Of a stretch of 64,000 bases of DNA, positions 11,457 through 23,511 are shown in pieces (the stretch's first letter is position 1; each line of letters starts with the position of its first letter). The DNA is from Pelomyxa schiedti (Eukaryota; Protista; Evosea). Position numbers and translations under genes: made by a program. The stretch spans positions 26,954 to 90,953 of the forward strand of contig JAHLWZ010000832.1 in NCBI GenBank assembly GCA_020536535.1, written 5' to 3'. Below the pieces are notes generated by a model. It was given only the letters and a program-made list of their open reading frames with translations. It was not told the origin of the DNA and ran no database searches.

Positions 11457-13894
11457 ATGCGGTTTGCAGTTCTGTTGGTTGCTCTTGCATCGTTGTTGTC
11501 GGTGTCACTTTGCGCGCCGCCCCGCACATTGCGTCATATTGGACCTACTCTTAAAGATGTGATTTACGCCGCCGGACAACCCAAATCGTCACGTGACTTT
11601 TACGAACGCATGACCGCTCTTGCTGCTCTGGGCTATCTCCCTAGGGAACACGAGCAATCTGTCTGCGAAAACGCCGTCTCTCACCTCCAGCAAATTGTAC
11701 AACGGCTCACCAGTGAAACCAAGTCCGCAGACATTGTTATCGATCTGGATTCTCTCTTGGGAATCTCCGTCACCTTCGGGTGTGAGCTCCAAATCGCTGA
11801 AGATACCATCATGGCGATAGCCGACACCGAGGCGTACTCCACTCTCGATGAACTGTTTTACGCTGTTAAAACGCTCGAATTCGCTGCCGTGAAGGGTATC
11901 CACCTAGCTGATGACGTCACACTCGCGGAGTTCGTGGAAAAGGTGATTGACTTGTTAGGTCATTTGCCACTCATTGTGTTCAGATAATGGAGTTGGAGTC
12001 TGACGGCTACTTCCTGACTGAAGCCGCGTCCCAATCGGTTCTTGCTCATAATTACCCAAGCAAAAATTTAAACATCTTTCTCATTCCAGACGACCTTGTT
12101 CAACACTGGGTTGGCACTTTCAGCTTTGGGGAAACTTCATAAGCTTGGTGCCAATATCGAGGATGTGGAGAAGCTTCAAACAATGCTGGATGTCATTTTT
12201 GACCAACTGCAATACAAAAACAAAGTATTGGGATTCTGGTCTGATGGTGAGGAGGAAGACCGTGTGCGAGTAACTTCTGCACTGTTCTCTGGGTTGGTAG
12301 CCTTCTCAGAAGTTGTCAAGTTCGATGTACCTGAGGTATAGCATCCCGGTGCCCAACTTTACACCAAAATAACTTCTTTATCCTCCAGGCTAAGATTTCT
12401 GACATCCAACGGTTCTTGTTGAGGTACAAACCCTCATCTCCATCTGAAGCATACTGGCAAGTGATGGGGTTGATTTCACTGCACCGAAATCCGTTTGCCA
12501 AAATCATTGCCTCAGTTGAGCCTTTGGAAACCTCCTTTTTAACTGGAGAGACTGCCAACCTTGTGGTATGGAAGCATGTATGAAGGGTCAACATGTTCAT
12601 ACAGTTTTAGGTTGGTGTTTTTGATCTTATGGGAGTTTTGATTCAAGATCATTTCCTTGTATTACTAACTGGGAAGACATCTCACGAAGTGCCCAGGGCT
12701 TTCATTGAATCCACACCTGGAGTTTATTCTCTCGCAGTTCCAATGTATGATATATCGATCTTATACATGTAGTGATTGCATTCAGGGTGGAGCCAGGTTA
12801 CTATGAGACTTCTGTTACCGCCTCGGCTTCCAACCCTGAGGATAAATATATTGCATTGGAGTCTCTCAAAATTTCCTTTACTGTGAGTGATCGTCACTTC
12901 ACCAACTTCTAAATCGCCTATCTAGGCTCTTGGAGTTATTGATGTTCCCTCTGTGGAGACCAACCAAACTAACGGGTTTGATAGTTCGATCTGAGGGAAA
13001 TACTAACAAATAACAGAAAACTCATCTATCCCGCGAAGTACACCGACGATTTGGTTATTTCTCCATCTTCACCAATTTCTTTCACCTTCTCGGTTTTGTA
13101 CGCAACTCAAAAGAAAACAATTTTCTTATCTGTCTCAGGGACAAGATGTCTGGCAAACCAATGTCTGTTCAGCAGGCAGCACTTCTCTTTACATCAGGGG
13201 ATTCTGTTATACAACCCCCTGCAACTCTTACAGCTCCAGGGGTATACTCTGTTGTGATGGTGTGTTTATATTGGCTTATAAACACTAACGACCAACTACA
13301 GAATCCAATCAAATTTTCTGCCGAGTCTGGGAAATATAAAATTTCTCTTGTTGCTGGTGACATCGCAGCCAAAAAGGTCAATAAAATAGCGCGTAACTTA
13401 AGTGTAAAAAATTCACACACTTTGTCATGTCAGCCAGTGGAATGGGAACTCGGCACAGCTGCCATAACTTTCACCACATCCGTGCCTACAGGAGTCCGAG
13501 ATGCTGTACTTTCTCCTAAGCCGGCAATAGAACACAAGTTCTCTGTCCCAGCACGGAGACCCGGTATTATTGTTTGGAGCACTTTCACTGGTTTAGTTTG
13601 CTTACCTTTTGTTGTCCTTGTCTTCTTCGTATGCTTCTTTTTCTGTGACTCTGTCATAACACTCTTCACCAGTTGTTGCACATCGGAGTGTCTCTGGTTC
13701 AACCAGCCAACTTCTTGGCAACAGCAGCTTTCGCGGCCTGCATATGCAGCTATGCCGCCCTTCTTGTGGCTTACTGGCTGTGGCTTAACATGCTGCAGAC
13801 ACTCTTCATTATGGCACTTTTAGCAGTTCCCACTATGCTTTCTGCAAGAGCAGCGTTGTTGGGACGATCAGGAATTAAAGTTAAACAGCCTTAA
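11457..13894 (+). CDS. RPN2: Oligosaccharyltransferase subunit ribophorin II (RPN2/SWP1)
   Basis: Signal peptide. C-terminal PKPAIEHKFSVPARRP motif followed by three TM helices including YWLWLNMLQTL, typical of ribophorin II. Confidence 0.85.
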
Positions 13895-16800
13895 ACGGAG
13901 GTGTTTTTATTGAATTCCGTTTGTTCAGTATTCTTTCCCTGTAGTCCGTCACATGAAGAAGTGACCTTGACATAGTGAAAATCCCCATTAGTGCCAGAGA
14001 AACTAACAGCAGAGGTTCCAGTGACTAGAGTCTGCCCATCACGAAGAGTCACTTTGATTGAGGAGGGTAAAACAGTGCCAGTGAATGAAATTGAAGTAGT
14101 CATGATAGAGGAGCCTTGTTGTGTGTCAAATGTGATGGTGAACTGGAGGCACTTGAATTTGAGGTTCGTGACTGTGAAGTGCCCGGTGGATTTGGGAGTG
14201 TGGAGATAGGACATGGGAAGTGTTGGTGCGAGGATGAAAGTGTCGGGGCTGGGTCCAGAACTGGTTACATACTCGCGGAATCCAATTATGGTTCTTATCT
14301 GAAGAGCGGTAAGATAGGTATTGTCTGGGCTGTAGTAATAATCAAATATAATGTATATTATATTATGTTATTAATAATTTCAGCGAAGTACAATCATGGA
14401 AAAGAGCGTGCCACCCCAGCCGTATCTGTAATGAGTTAGGGTAAGGGGGTAGTTGAATGAGTGTCAACGCTTCAGCTCCTCCAGGATTAGAAGGATCGAA
14501 GGTCACTGGCCAATATTCATTTGCCACTCCTGGAATTCGGAAGTTGTATTCATCCGGGAGCCTGCAAGAAACTAAGAGCTCACCTGTAGTGAAGGAAACT
14601 ACCCAACATCGATAGTTCCAACTGAACGAGTGACGTTTGCATCCCACCGAGAGTAAATACGGTGGGCAATGGAAGATACAGAATCAGAGGCCAAGGAAGT
14701 GTAATTTGCTATGATACAACCTTCATTGTATGGATACAGATACCTGATTGAAGTAAAGGAAAAATAATTTGTACACAGATTTTCAATGAGGATACGATCT
14801 ATACTAATGTAAGCAAATTTATAAGTAATGCATGAACATACGGCCACTCAAGCCAGGGACTGGAGGCAATCAAGAAATATTTCAATTTTGGACCCAGAAT
14901 TTCAATTTGTTCCTGAGATGCCATTCCACAAGCTGTTTGGACATGAATGTGGTTCACAGATACCCTTTACTATGACCTATGGGAGTTGTTTGCATCATAA
15001 TGTCGAAGTAGTCCGGTATGATAATTGGTTGTCCTGTATTGGAATCCCAGTCTCGGAACTCTCCTTCATAAAACATGGACTGTGTTCTCTCCTGCCCTCG
15101 TGATGCATAGTTGAATTCAATTAAGGAAGCTCTTTGTGCTCTTTGTGCCAGTATGAAAAATTAAAGGGTGGATATGTTTGCCAGTATTCTACATCTTCTC
15201 CTTTTCCCGCCATTGGAGCCAATATGGCCAAAATCGCACAAGCTTCAGCAGCAGCAGCTTCGACGTCCACCTGGCACACCATAAGGAAAAAGATGCCTTC
15301 AGGAAGAAAAAGGAAAATACAGTACGAATGTGAGAGGCAGCACCACCTGGATTTGAGCTGTTGAATCTGATTGAACCATCTTGACCACTTTCCCAGGAGC
15401 AATGACAGTGATACCATCCATCTGTGTCAGTCCGATGCTCCTGCCACCATCTGAATGTTGTTGTTAACTTCGCCTAGTCTTTTCCAGTACCTCATATAGG
15501 AATTCAGATAAGGGTATATCTGTGTCAACCAGGTGACGTCTTGGTCACGAGCATATATTGCCATAACAGTGTGGAGTGGTAAACACCAATTTGGAGCTGT
15601 CCCACATTCCGCGCCATCATCACATATCTTTAGGTGGATTAGCGAGTAATGAATGCCTTGTAAGTACCATGTTGAATGAACCATCTTCCCGAGAACATGG
15701 CACATGGGGTTCAGGGGTAAACATGAAGGTGGAAAGAAGAAGTTCTTTTGCAAGTGATATATTTGTATAACTGAGCAACAGTGCGTCTATGGAAGTCTCT
15801 GCCAGTACCTGGTAAACATTAATAGCCGAAATTGAGGGGAAAAACGTACCTGTCTTGGGCTGAACGGTTGCATAGAGTCCCATACTCCATGATAAATTCC
15901 AACTGCATTTCTCACAGTGAACCTAACAGTTTCGAGGTCATAATTCACGCCGTGTATCCACTCTTTTGGCCAGTCTCCTGTTAATTGTGGCGCCTTGTCC
16001 CAAAACTGGTCATCTTCTTGGATACGGGAATTGAGAGCAGTGACCGCTCCTATTGGAGGTTAATAATACCTACAGATTAGTTTAGGTTTACCTTGCTGAG
16101 CAATTGGATGAGAACCAAGTACAATTTTTTCAGACATTCCTCGGGTAAGGGTGAAAGTGATACTCTGCTTACCAGCAGCTGGAACCTGCACAAAGTGAAA
16201 ATTGAAAAAAAAAGTAAAATGAATGGTACATTAAGGGAGTATGTGAGCATATTGTAAATAGATGAGCTTATCCCTCCCTCCCACGGGAAGGGTGTTGAGC
16301 ACTGAGTCTCATTTGTCACCAGTGATGCACTTTCAATCCACTGATCCCACTGCGACTTAAATAGAGTACATTTGTGAGCAATACTACTGGATGAAGCTCC
16401 AATGCCGAAGACCGGACCACCTGCCCAGATTTTTGCTGAATCTGGATTACTCAAAGAAATTTTTGTTACATTTCACACACCCAAAAGTACATCATAGGTC
16501 TGGTTGTAAAGCCCTCCAACAGCTCCATCACCTCCCCACCTTCACTTGTTAGAGTATTGGTGATTGCTCTATCTAGGTACCAAGTTTTCCAAGGGTAGCC
16601 ATAAATATTGGAGAAATGGGCGAGAACGGTAGAAGCAGTGGTTTTATGGTTAGAAAAAGTAAGTACGCATGTCAGTGCTTGGGAATTTTCTAAAATCTAC
16701 TGGTGCGTGAAAGGTGCAATTGACCCGATGAGATACCTGATAAACCCACTGAGCAGTAACATCCATATTGTCGTATGTAAAGTCATACGTCATTAATCTC

Positions 16801-17330
16801 AAGTTCTTTTAGTACAGCAACTAAAATTGTAGTATCTTACCTAGTGGTGTGGTGCTTAGATACAACTTCGATTCCATTTTGCAGGAAATCCTCTGTTTCG
16901 TGCAGCACCACACCATCAAGTTCTGTGATACAGTTACAATCTCATGACATAAAGAAAGAATACCAAGAGAAATGTCTGCCACAGATAAATAGTTTGGTGG
17001 AAACATTGTGGCACCACTCCCATAACTGAATGGCAATGACCTTCCCCACAGTGCGAAACCCAAAGGAGGCTGACTGCGCAGAATACCTTCAGAAACATTG
17101 ACACAATCTTTCGAGTAAAGCTTTTTTTTTTCCCCTCGTTTCACACTCCTGCCCTATGAACATAAAGCACCACATTTAACAGCCAATAAATGCAAACCTG
17201 TTGGTGCAATGGCTGTGTGGGTTGGGTTGTCCAAGTACCCAAATGGCGTATAGTCCAAAGCAGGGTATGTTCCCCCTGACAATGCAACCAACAATGCAAA
17301 CAACGAAATGAACTGACAAACAAGCAGCAT
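13891..17330 (-). CDS. Secreted six-hairpin glycosidase-like protein (bacterial-like family)
   Basis: Signal peptide MLLVCQFISLFALLVALSGG, then YTPFGYLDNPTH, FWDKAPQLTGDWP, VLAETSID, PHVPCSREDGSFNM, DGAECGT, WLEWP and IPGVANEYWP. Many short introns. The fold call is by motif resemblance only. Confidence 0.6.
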
Positions 17331-17473
17331 TCAAAGGCACTGAGGAATTTCGGATTATTTCGTTTTCTTTTTTGTGGTGGAAAGTGTAAACAACAAAAAA
17401 GGAAGTGATAGACTGGCCAGTGGAGTGGTTGAATGATTGTTTTATTTGGGTTTCCTTTGTCTGTTACAGTGGA

Positions 17474-18197
17474 TTAAAGAACGGAACCAGCGGTTGCAGC
17501 AACTCGGGGCCACAAATCAGCACACTCCTTACCAACTGGACCAGTGATTGCAGAGCCCTTCATTTCTCCTTTGGGGTTTACAATGACACCGGCATTGTCT
17601 TTGGTTTTAGAAATGTCAGTAAGTAGGCCAAATAGGTGGCAATCCCATCCCGCAAGGAAAGTGGCACACCTTCAAAGTAAATGAAGACACCATCGCGTCT
17701 GCGCCAAGGCTTCCTCTGCCTCACAATAATGGCAGAGTGGACTTAAGAGCAGGTTATGAAAGGAAGGTGAAATTATTACATTAATGTGGAGCGAGCTTCT
17801 TGCTCTTTGGGTTTTTTTGTGTGGGCTGATAATGCATACCCTTTTTCCTCAATTCGGGCTTGCCCTTCTTTACAGTAGCAAGGACAATATCACCCACAGA
17901 TGCTGAGGGCAATCTGTTGAGCCTGCCGTGAATTCCCTTGACGGCAATGACGTAGAGGTTCTTTGCGCCAGTGTTGTCGGCGCAGTTGATTACAGCGCCC
18001 ACTGGAAGACCACACGTCATCCTGAATTTGTTTCCAGTAGCACCGGCTCTTCCTGTACATTAACAACAAGCGTAAATACAACGCCGATACCCCGTGTACA
18101 AAGTGGCGGGGCGACGAGAGGGGAAAAAAAAAAAAAAAACGGAGACAGTACGATACAGTAACCACTACAACAACACTGTACCTCTCTTTGAAGCCAT
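17474..18197 (-). CDS. RPL23: 60S ribosomal protein L23 (uL14)
   Basis: Four exons splice to [38 protein letters not shown]...[36 protein letters not shown]. Confidence 0.98.
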
Positions 18198-18442
18198 TGT
18201 GAACGATAGGACCACAAGCGGGCGAGATCTACGACCACGAATAAAATGAACGAAATGCTACGAACCTCAATAAATGATGTCAGGCTAAGCCACCAATTGA
18301 TGGCTTTCTTTCTATCCGTCTATTCTATTTCCAAGTTTGACAGTTGTCACAGTGAATTAAAAACCCGGACATCTGTCTTTCCTGGTTGTATCTGACTTGC
18401 CTTTCATTTTTGCCAAAAAACTCGACAGCCACACAAGGCGTC

Positions 18443-21400
18443 ATGTACTACCCTGCTCAATCTGCCGCAGCCCCGCAACAACAGGGCCGCGCGCCTGCGC
18501 CGATGTTTGGACACCCTAATTCATTGTGGTTTCCACCAAACCAGGAGCACCTCAGGCAACAGTACGCCATGCAGTATTGTTCGTACCATGGAATACCGTA
18601 CACTCCTTCTGCCTTTCCTGGATTTCAGCTGCCGCCACAAGCACAACACGCCAATAGTTCACAAATACAACAACAAATAAAGGCAGCCAAGCACACTCAG
18701 AATACCCATTCTAGCACCACACCTCCAGTCACTGCATCTAGGCCAAAGACCCCTCCCACCGTTGTTGTGACAACACGTCCTGTCACTCCACCCACAGTTA
18801 CAGTGCTCCACCACGCTGACCCACAAACCCAACCAAATGCCCCCCCTACTTCGGTTTCTGGTACCCTAACTGCTGCAGTTCTACCCCCGGACACCACCGC
18901 AACAGTAAATTCTGAACCATCTGTGACGACACACACTTCCTCTCAAACCTCCGTCACACCCGTGAAAACGCCACCAACTTCTCCTGTCTTATCATCAACA
19001 CAGGCACCACTATGCAGCGCTCCCTCTTTAGCTACTGCAACTTCCTCGTCAACTTCTTGTGCCAACTCTTCAAATAGAAATAATTCAAGCACAGCCACAC
19101 CAGGGTCTCTCACTGCAGACCACCCAACTATCACAATAATTACCACTTCAATAAACAATAGCGTTACCACCACTACAACAACAACTGTACCAACGGGCTC
19201 TTCTGCAGCACGTACAACAGAGTGTGTCGAACAAAGTACCCTTTGTGCTCAAATGACAAAGAAGATTGAAACTAATTCTTATGAGTGCATGATCTGCTTT
19301 GAAGTTATTCCTGTATGCAGGAATATCTCCAATAGAGCATATGATTTATATTTTTTTTAGAGAACTGCAGATATCTGGTCATGTGGGAAGTGTTGGGGAC
19401 TTTTTCATATTCAGTGTATAAAGAAGTGGAAAGAGACCTCTAATCGTATTTCTTCTACACTGATCTATCTTATTTTGATCGTGTACTTTAGAACAGGCCC
19501 CTACTCCTCACACAATTGATGCAATTTTACACCCCCCACCAAAAGGTATTGTAGCTTTCCTATGTATGGCGCTTTGACTTCAGTAGTTGATACACGTAAT
19601 TGGCGTTGTCCAACTTGCCGATATGAGTTCTTAACTCCCCCAAAGTCCTCTTGCTATTGTGGAAAAGTGGAGAATGCCTCAAGCCACAACCTTTATGCCT
19701 TACCGCACTCGTGTGGTGCGAGATGCGGTAGAAGCCGAGTGGGCACTCCTTGTCCACATGAATGTACACTTGTGTGCCACCCTGGTCCATGCCCACCGTG
19801 TGTGGTTTTCTGAGTTTCTTTTTGTGTGACTCGGTCCAACTAGATGTCCCGCATTAGGACCCGTTCGCAATTGCTTTTGTGGGAGGACCAAGTACGCAAC
19901 TCGCTGTTCAGATATTGATAACGGGCAATCCTGTGGTGCGATATGCGGGCAATCTCTCAACTGTCTCAAGCATACATGTGCGTCTCCATGCCACCCAGGT
20001 ACTGGTTTTTCAATTTTTCGAAGTACATGTGTTCATTCTTACTTTCAGGAAAGTGTAAGCCTTGCCCAGAGGCTGTCGAACAAAAGTGTTACTGTGGGAG
20101 AGTTACAGAGTCTCGTGCTTGTGGCACTGGGAGTCTGGATCAGTCACAAGGAGAAGATAGATACTTCTGTTGTAATCAAGTTTGTGACAAGTGTGTTCAT
20201 CCCAAATTTACTAGATTAGTGTAACAATTATTTCAGGCAACTTGACTGTAAGAATCACAACTGTAAAAAGTTGTGTCATGCAGGACCTTGCGGAGACTGC
20301 GAACTTCTCCCATCACAGGTCACAACTTGCCCCTGTAAATCGGTCAGTTCCACCTCAGCTTGCTTATTTCCCTGTCTAATCTGACCCAACAGGTTCCACT
20401 TTATAGGTTACTGAAAGAAGAAAGAAAGAGCTGCCTGGATGAGATACCAACTTGTGGTCGGCCCTGTAACAAGAAATTAGAATGTGGGCACAACTGCCTT
20501 GCGTGTTGCCATACTGGTCCCTGTCCACCCTGTACAACAGAGGTTGTCTATTTTTTATTATTTATTTACTGTGTCTGAATGTCTATTAATGTACTATGAA
20601 GGTTCATGTATATTGTAGATGCAAATCAACCACCGCGTTGCGTCCCTGCACCTCCAAGAATATTCCTGTCTGCAATAAAGTACAATTCTAGCTATTCTGG
20701 AAAACTCCTAATACCAGGATAGCCGTGTGAAGTTATGAAATCATGTGGACGTCATCTCTGCCGCACTGTGTGTTGTCCGTCTAGATGTGCGGAGGATATC
20801 CCTGGCAATCACGTTTGCAGAATTGTGTGTAACAAACAGCTGGAATGCCGGAAACACAAGTGTGAGGTAACAACTCCCCTATTTATGTGCTGCACATTCA
20901 TATTTTTACAGATACTATGTCACCTGGGACCCTGTCCATCTTGCTTCAAGGTTAAGATGGAAGAAGTGAGTTGCCGATGTGGAAAAACCGTGCTACACCC
21001 TCCAATTCCATGTGGAACGAAACTGCCACCAGTAAATAAACGTCTCCTTTTCCCTTTGTTCATTTTTCTAGTGCCCATTTCCTTGCTCTATTCCTCGAAA
21101 ATGTGGTCACAAGGATGTACCAGTGTATGGGGACATGCATTCATGCCATCAAGGGGCATGCCCGCCCTGTACAGTATGTTTGAGAATTAACGTAGAATTA
21201 CTAAAATTCACTGTAGATGTTGGTATCTAAAATGTGTATGGGAGGTCACGAGCTGAGGAAAAATGTTCAATGTTATCTCGAGTCAGTGTCATGTGGTAAG
21301 GTATGCGGGAAACAACTTCCCTGTGGCCTACATCTTTGCCAAAAACTGTGTCACCTTGGGCCTTGCTTTGAGCCACCTCCTCCAGCAAAGCCAGCAGCTG

Positions 21401-22980
21401 ACAAGCAATCCCGCAAAAAAAATAAGAAGAAAAAGAAGTCTGCACACACATCTTCTACCACCCTCTCCACTGAAGCAACTCCTTCCAATCAACCAACCGA
21501 GACAACACAAACAAGTGTCGTGAAGCCTCTCACCGAACAGCCCACTAATGGGCAACCCTCGGAGCAATCAGCATCTAGTGCACAGCAGAGCAAACCAAAT
21601 ACCAGCACCAGTAGTAGTGCGGTGACTTTATCTCAGACGAGCCAACTAACCCCCTCAGTTCCTCCAAAGTAGTAAGTCATTTCCCACTCACCTTCTGACT
21701 TTGTATCAGAATCTCTTGTGGGCAAGTCTGTGGAGCCAAAAGAACTACATGCCAACATTTGTGTAAGGCGACATGCCATCCAGGAACCCCGTGCCCTTCC
21801 ATACTATGCACAGATTATGTAGCGTTTGTCTTCTCAACCTATTTTTTCTCACTTAAGATCAAGATTAACATTTTCTGCCCCTGCAAGCGGAGGTGCGCCC
21901 AAGTTGAATGTCTTCATGGTGGAAAGCCAAATGAAGGCTTTGCTGGTCCTGAACAAAGGGAATTGGAATGTGATGAGGAGTGTGCTGTATTGTCAAGAAA
22001 CAAGCGCCTGGCTGATGCTTTGGGGATTATGCCGTATTTTATCCCTTCGATCCCTGCATCTACTTATTTCTTCTCAGGGAAGTTGGGGCTCCAAGTTACC
22101 CAAAGGTTTTGGTGGTTCTTGGAAAATCACAAATGCCTTTCTTACTTCATGTGGAAGAGATTTTGGGTCAGTTTGTATCCTCAACCAAGTAGGTCACAAA
22201 CAATTCCAACAACTGGTGTTAATCTCCATCCCAGCCCAACTGTGGTGCTGTCAGCTGTCGATAAAGGCCGTAGACAACTTCTTGTTCAACTTTTGCGATA
22301 TTATGGTCTCTATACAACAGCTTTCACAAATCCCTCTCCAGGACAAACACAAGAAATGATTTTAACAAAAACCCCCCAGACCAGAGTGTACTACACGTAT
22401 TATGAGTTTAATAGTGGAACTAACTCCTAAACAGACCTTCCGTACTTCTTTCACAAGTTGCAATCTCATCATCCAATGCATCGCAAGACCCGACTGTCAC
22501 AATTCTCAGTTATGGTGAGGATGAAGCGCCGCAATTCCTAATGTCCCTTGGGAACCTTGATTCCGGAGCTGTAAACTTGAAATATTTATTGGGGAAAGAC
22601 TCCTGCATCCAGTGGCTTGACAAGCGCACTTGCTTGGTTCTTTTCAAAAGACCGGAGCAGATGAATGCCGCGATAAAGAATTTGAGTTGCACGTTTGTAG
22701 TGGAAACCCCACCTTCACACTGTGACCCAAGTATGATCCCTCAACTCCCTTGCGCATGTAGTCTAACTCAAAACAACAAATAAAATCAGCTAAAGGACCC
22801 AAGCCACCCAGACCTTACAAACCCGCAACACCAGCACCAACAACCAATGTGTGGGTGCAGAGGCAGCAGAGCCGCAACCCTGCCGCAGCCGCGGCCGCCT
22901 TACACCCGCCTACGGAGGAGCCCACATGGAGACAAAACAACAACTACTACGCCCACCTTCAAACTGACGAGACCGAGTAG
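18443..22980 (+). CDS. NFX1: NF-X1-type zinc finger protein (RING/PHD + NFX1 repeats + R3H-like)
   Basis: YECMIC...WSC..C...FHIQCIKKW, WRCPTC, repeated CxHxCxxxCHxGPCPPC units, ELECDEECAVLSRNKRLADAL and an R3H-like segment. Confidence 0.92.
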
Positions 22981-23220
22981 GCTCTCGTCATTCAATTCCA
23001 TTAAAACAACTATTTTGTTTTTTGTTTTTCGTTTTTCGTTTTTCTTTTGGTTTTTGGCACTAGGGGTTTTAATTTTTGTGAAGAGTGAACGTTCCAGCCC
23101 ACAGCTAATAGTCTTGGGTACTGGCTCCAAACCATTCTAAATCACATAATAAAGAAAGAGGAAAAAACTCCGTTTACTTTTTTTGAATGTGGCTCGCGGC
23201 TCAGACCAGCGTAGAAAATG

Positions 23221-23226
23221 AAAAAA
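23221..23226 (-). terminator. Pol III T-run terminator of the tRNA-Gln gene
   Basis: TTTTTT on the minus strand 4 nt after the discriminator base. Confidence 0.75.
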
Positions 23227-23230
23227 TTAA

Positions 23231-23302
23231 TGGCCCCGCTCAGAATCGAACTGAGATCAAGAGAGCCAAAATCTCCCATACTAACCATTATACTACGGAG
23301 GT
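23231..23302 (-). tRNA. trnQ-TTG: tRNA-Gln(TTG), rebuilt downstream of a retroelement insertion; positions 1-2 are mismatched
   Basis: Minus strand ac-CTCCG TA GTAT AATGGTTA GTAT G GGAGA TTTTGGC TCTCT TGAT CTCAG TTCGATT CTGAG CGGGGCC A folds as a cloverleaf with A and B boxes. The first two nt (AC) come from the element instead of the original GG. Confidence 0.9.
23281..23300. repeat. Target-site duplication, copy 1 (20 bp)
   Basis: ctaaccattatactacggag, identical to 24471-24490. Flanking bases differ on both sides. Confidence 0.97.
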
Positions 23303-23511
23303 TAAGCCCACACAAACGGCAGGCGTGTGTTGAAATTATTACTGAAAAACAGTGAAGCGGGGGGGCTTCTAGTGTACTGTGGATGGCGTGGATGTTTGTG
23401 CGGTGTGCTTGACTGCTACGCGGTGGTTGTGTGGTTATGGTGAGGCTGCTACATTATGTGTGTTACTGATCAAAGGCGGTTATGCGATGGTCCGGGTCTT
23501 CTCCCCGGTGT

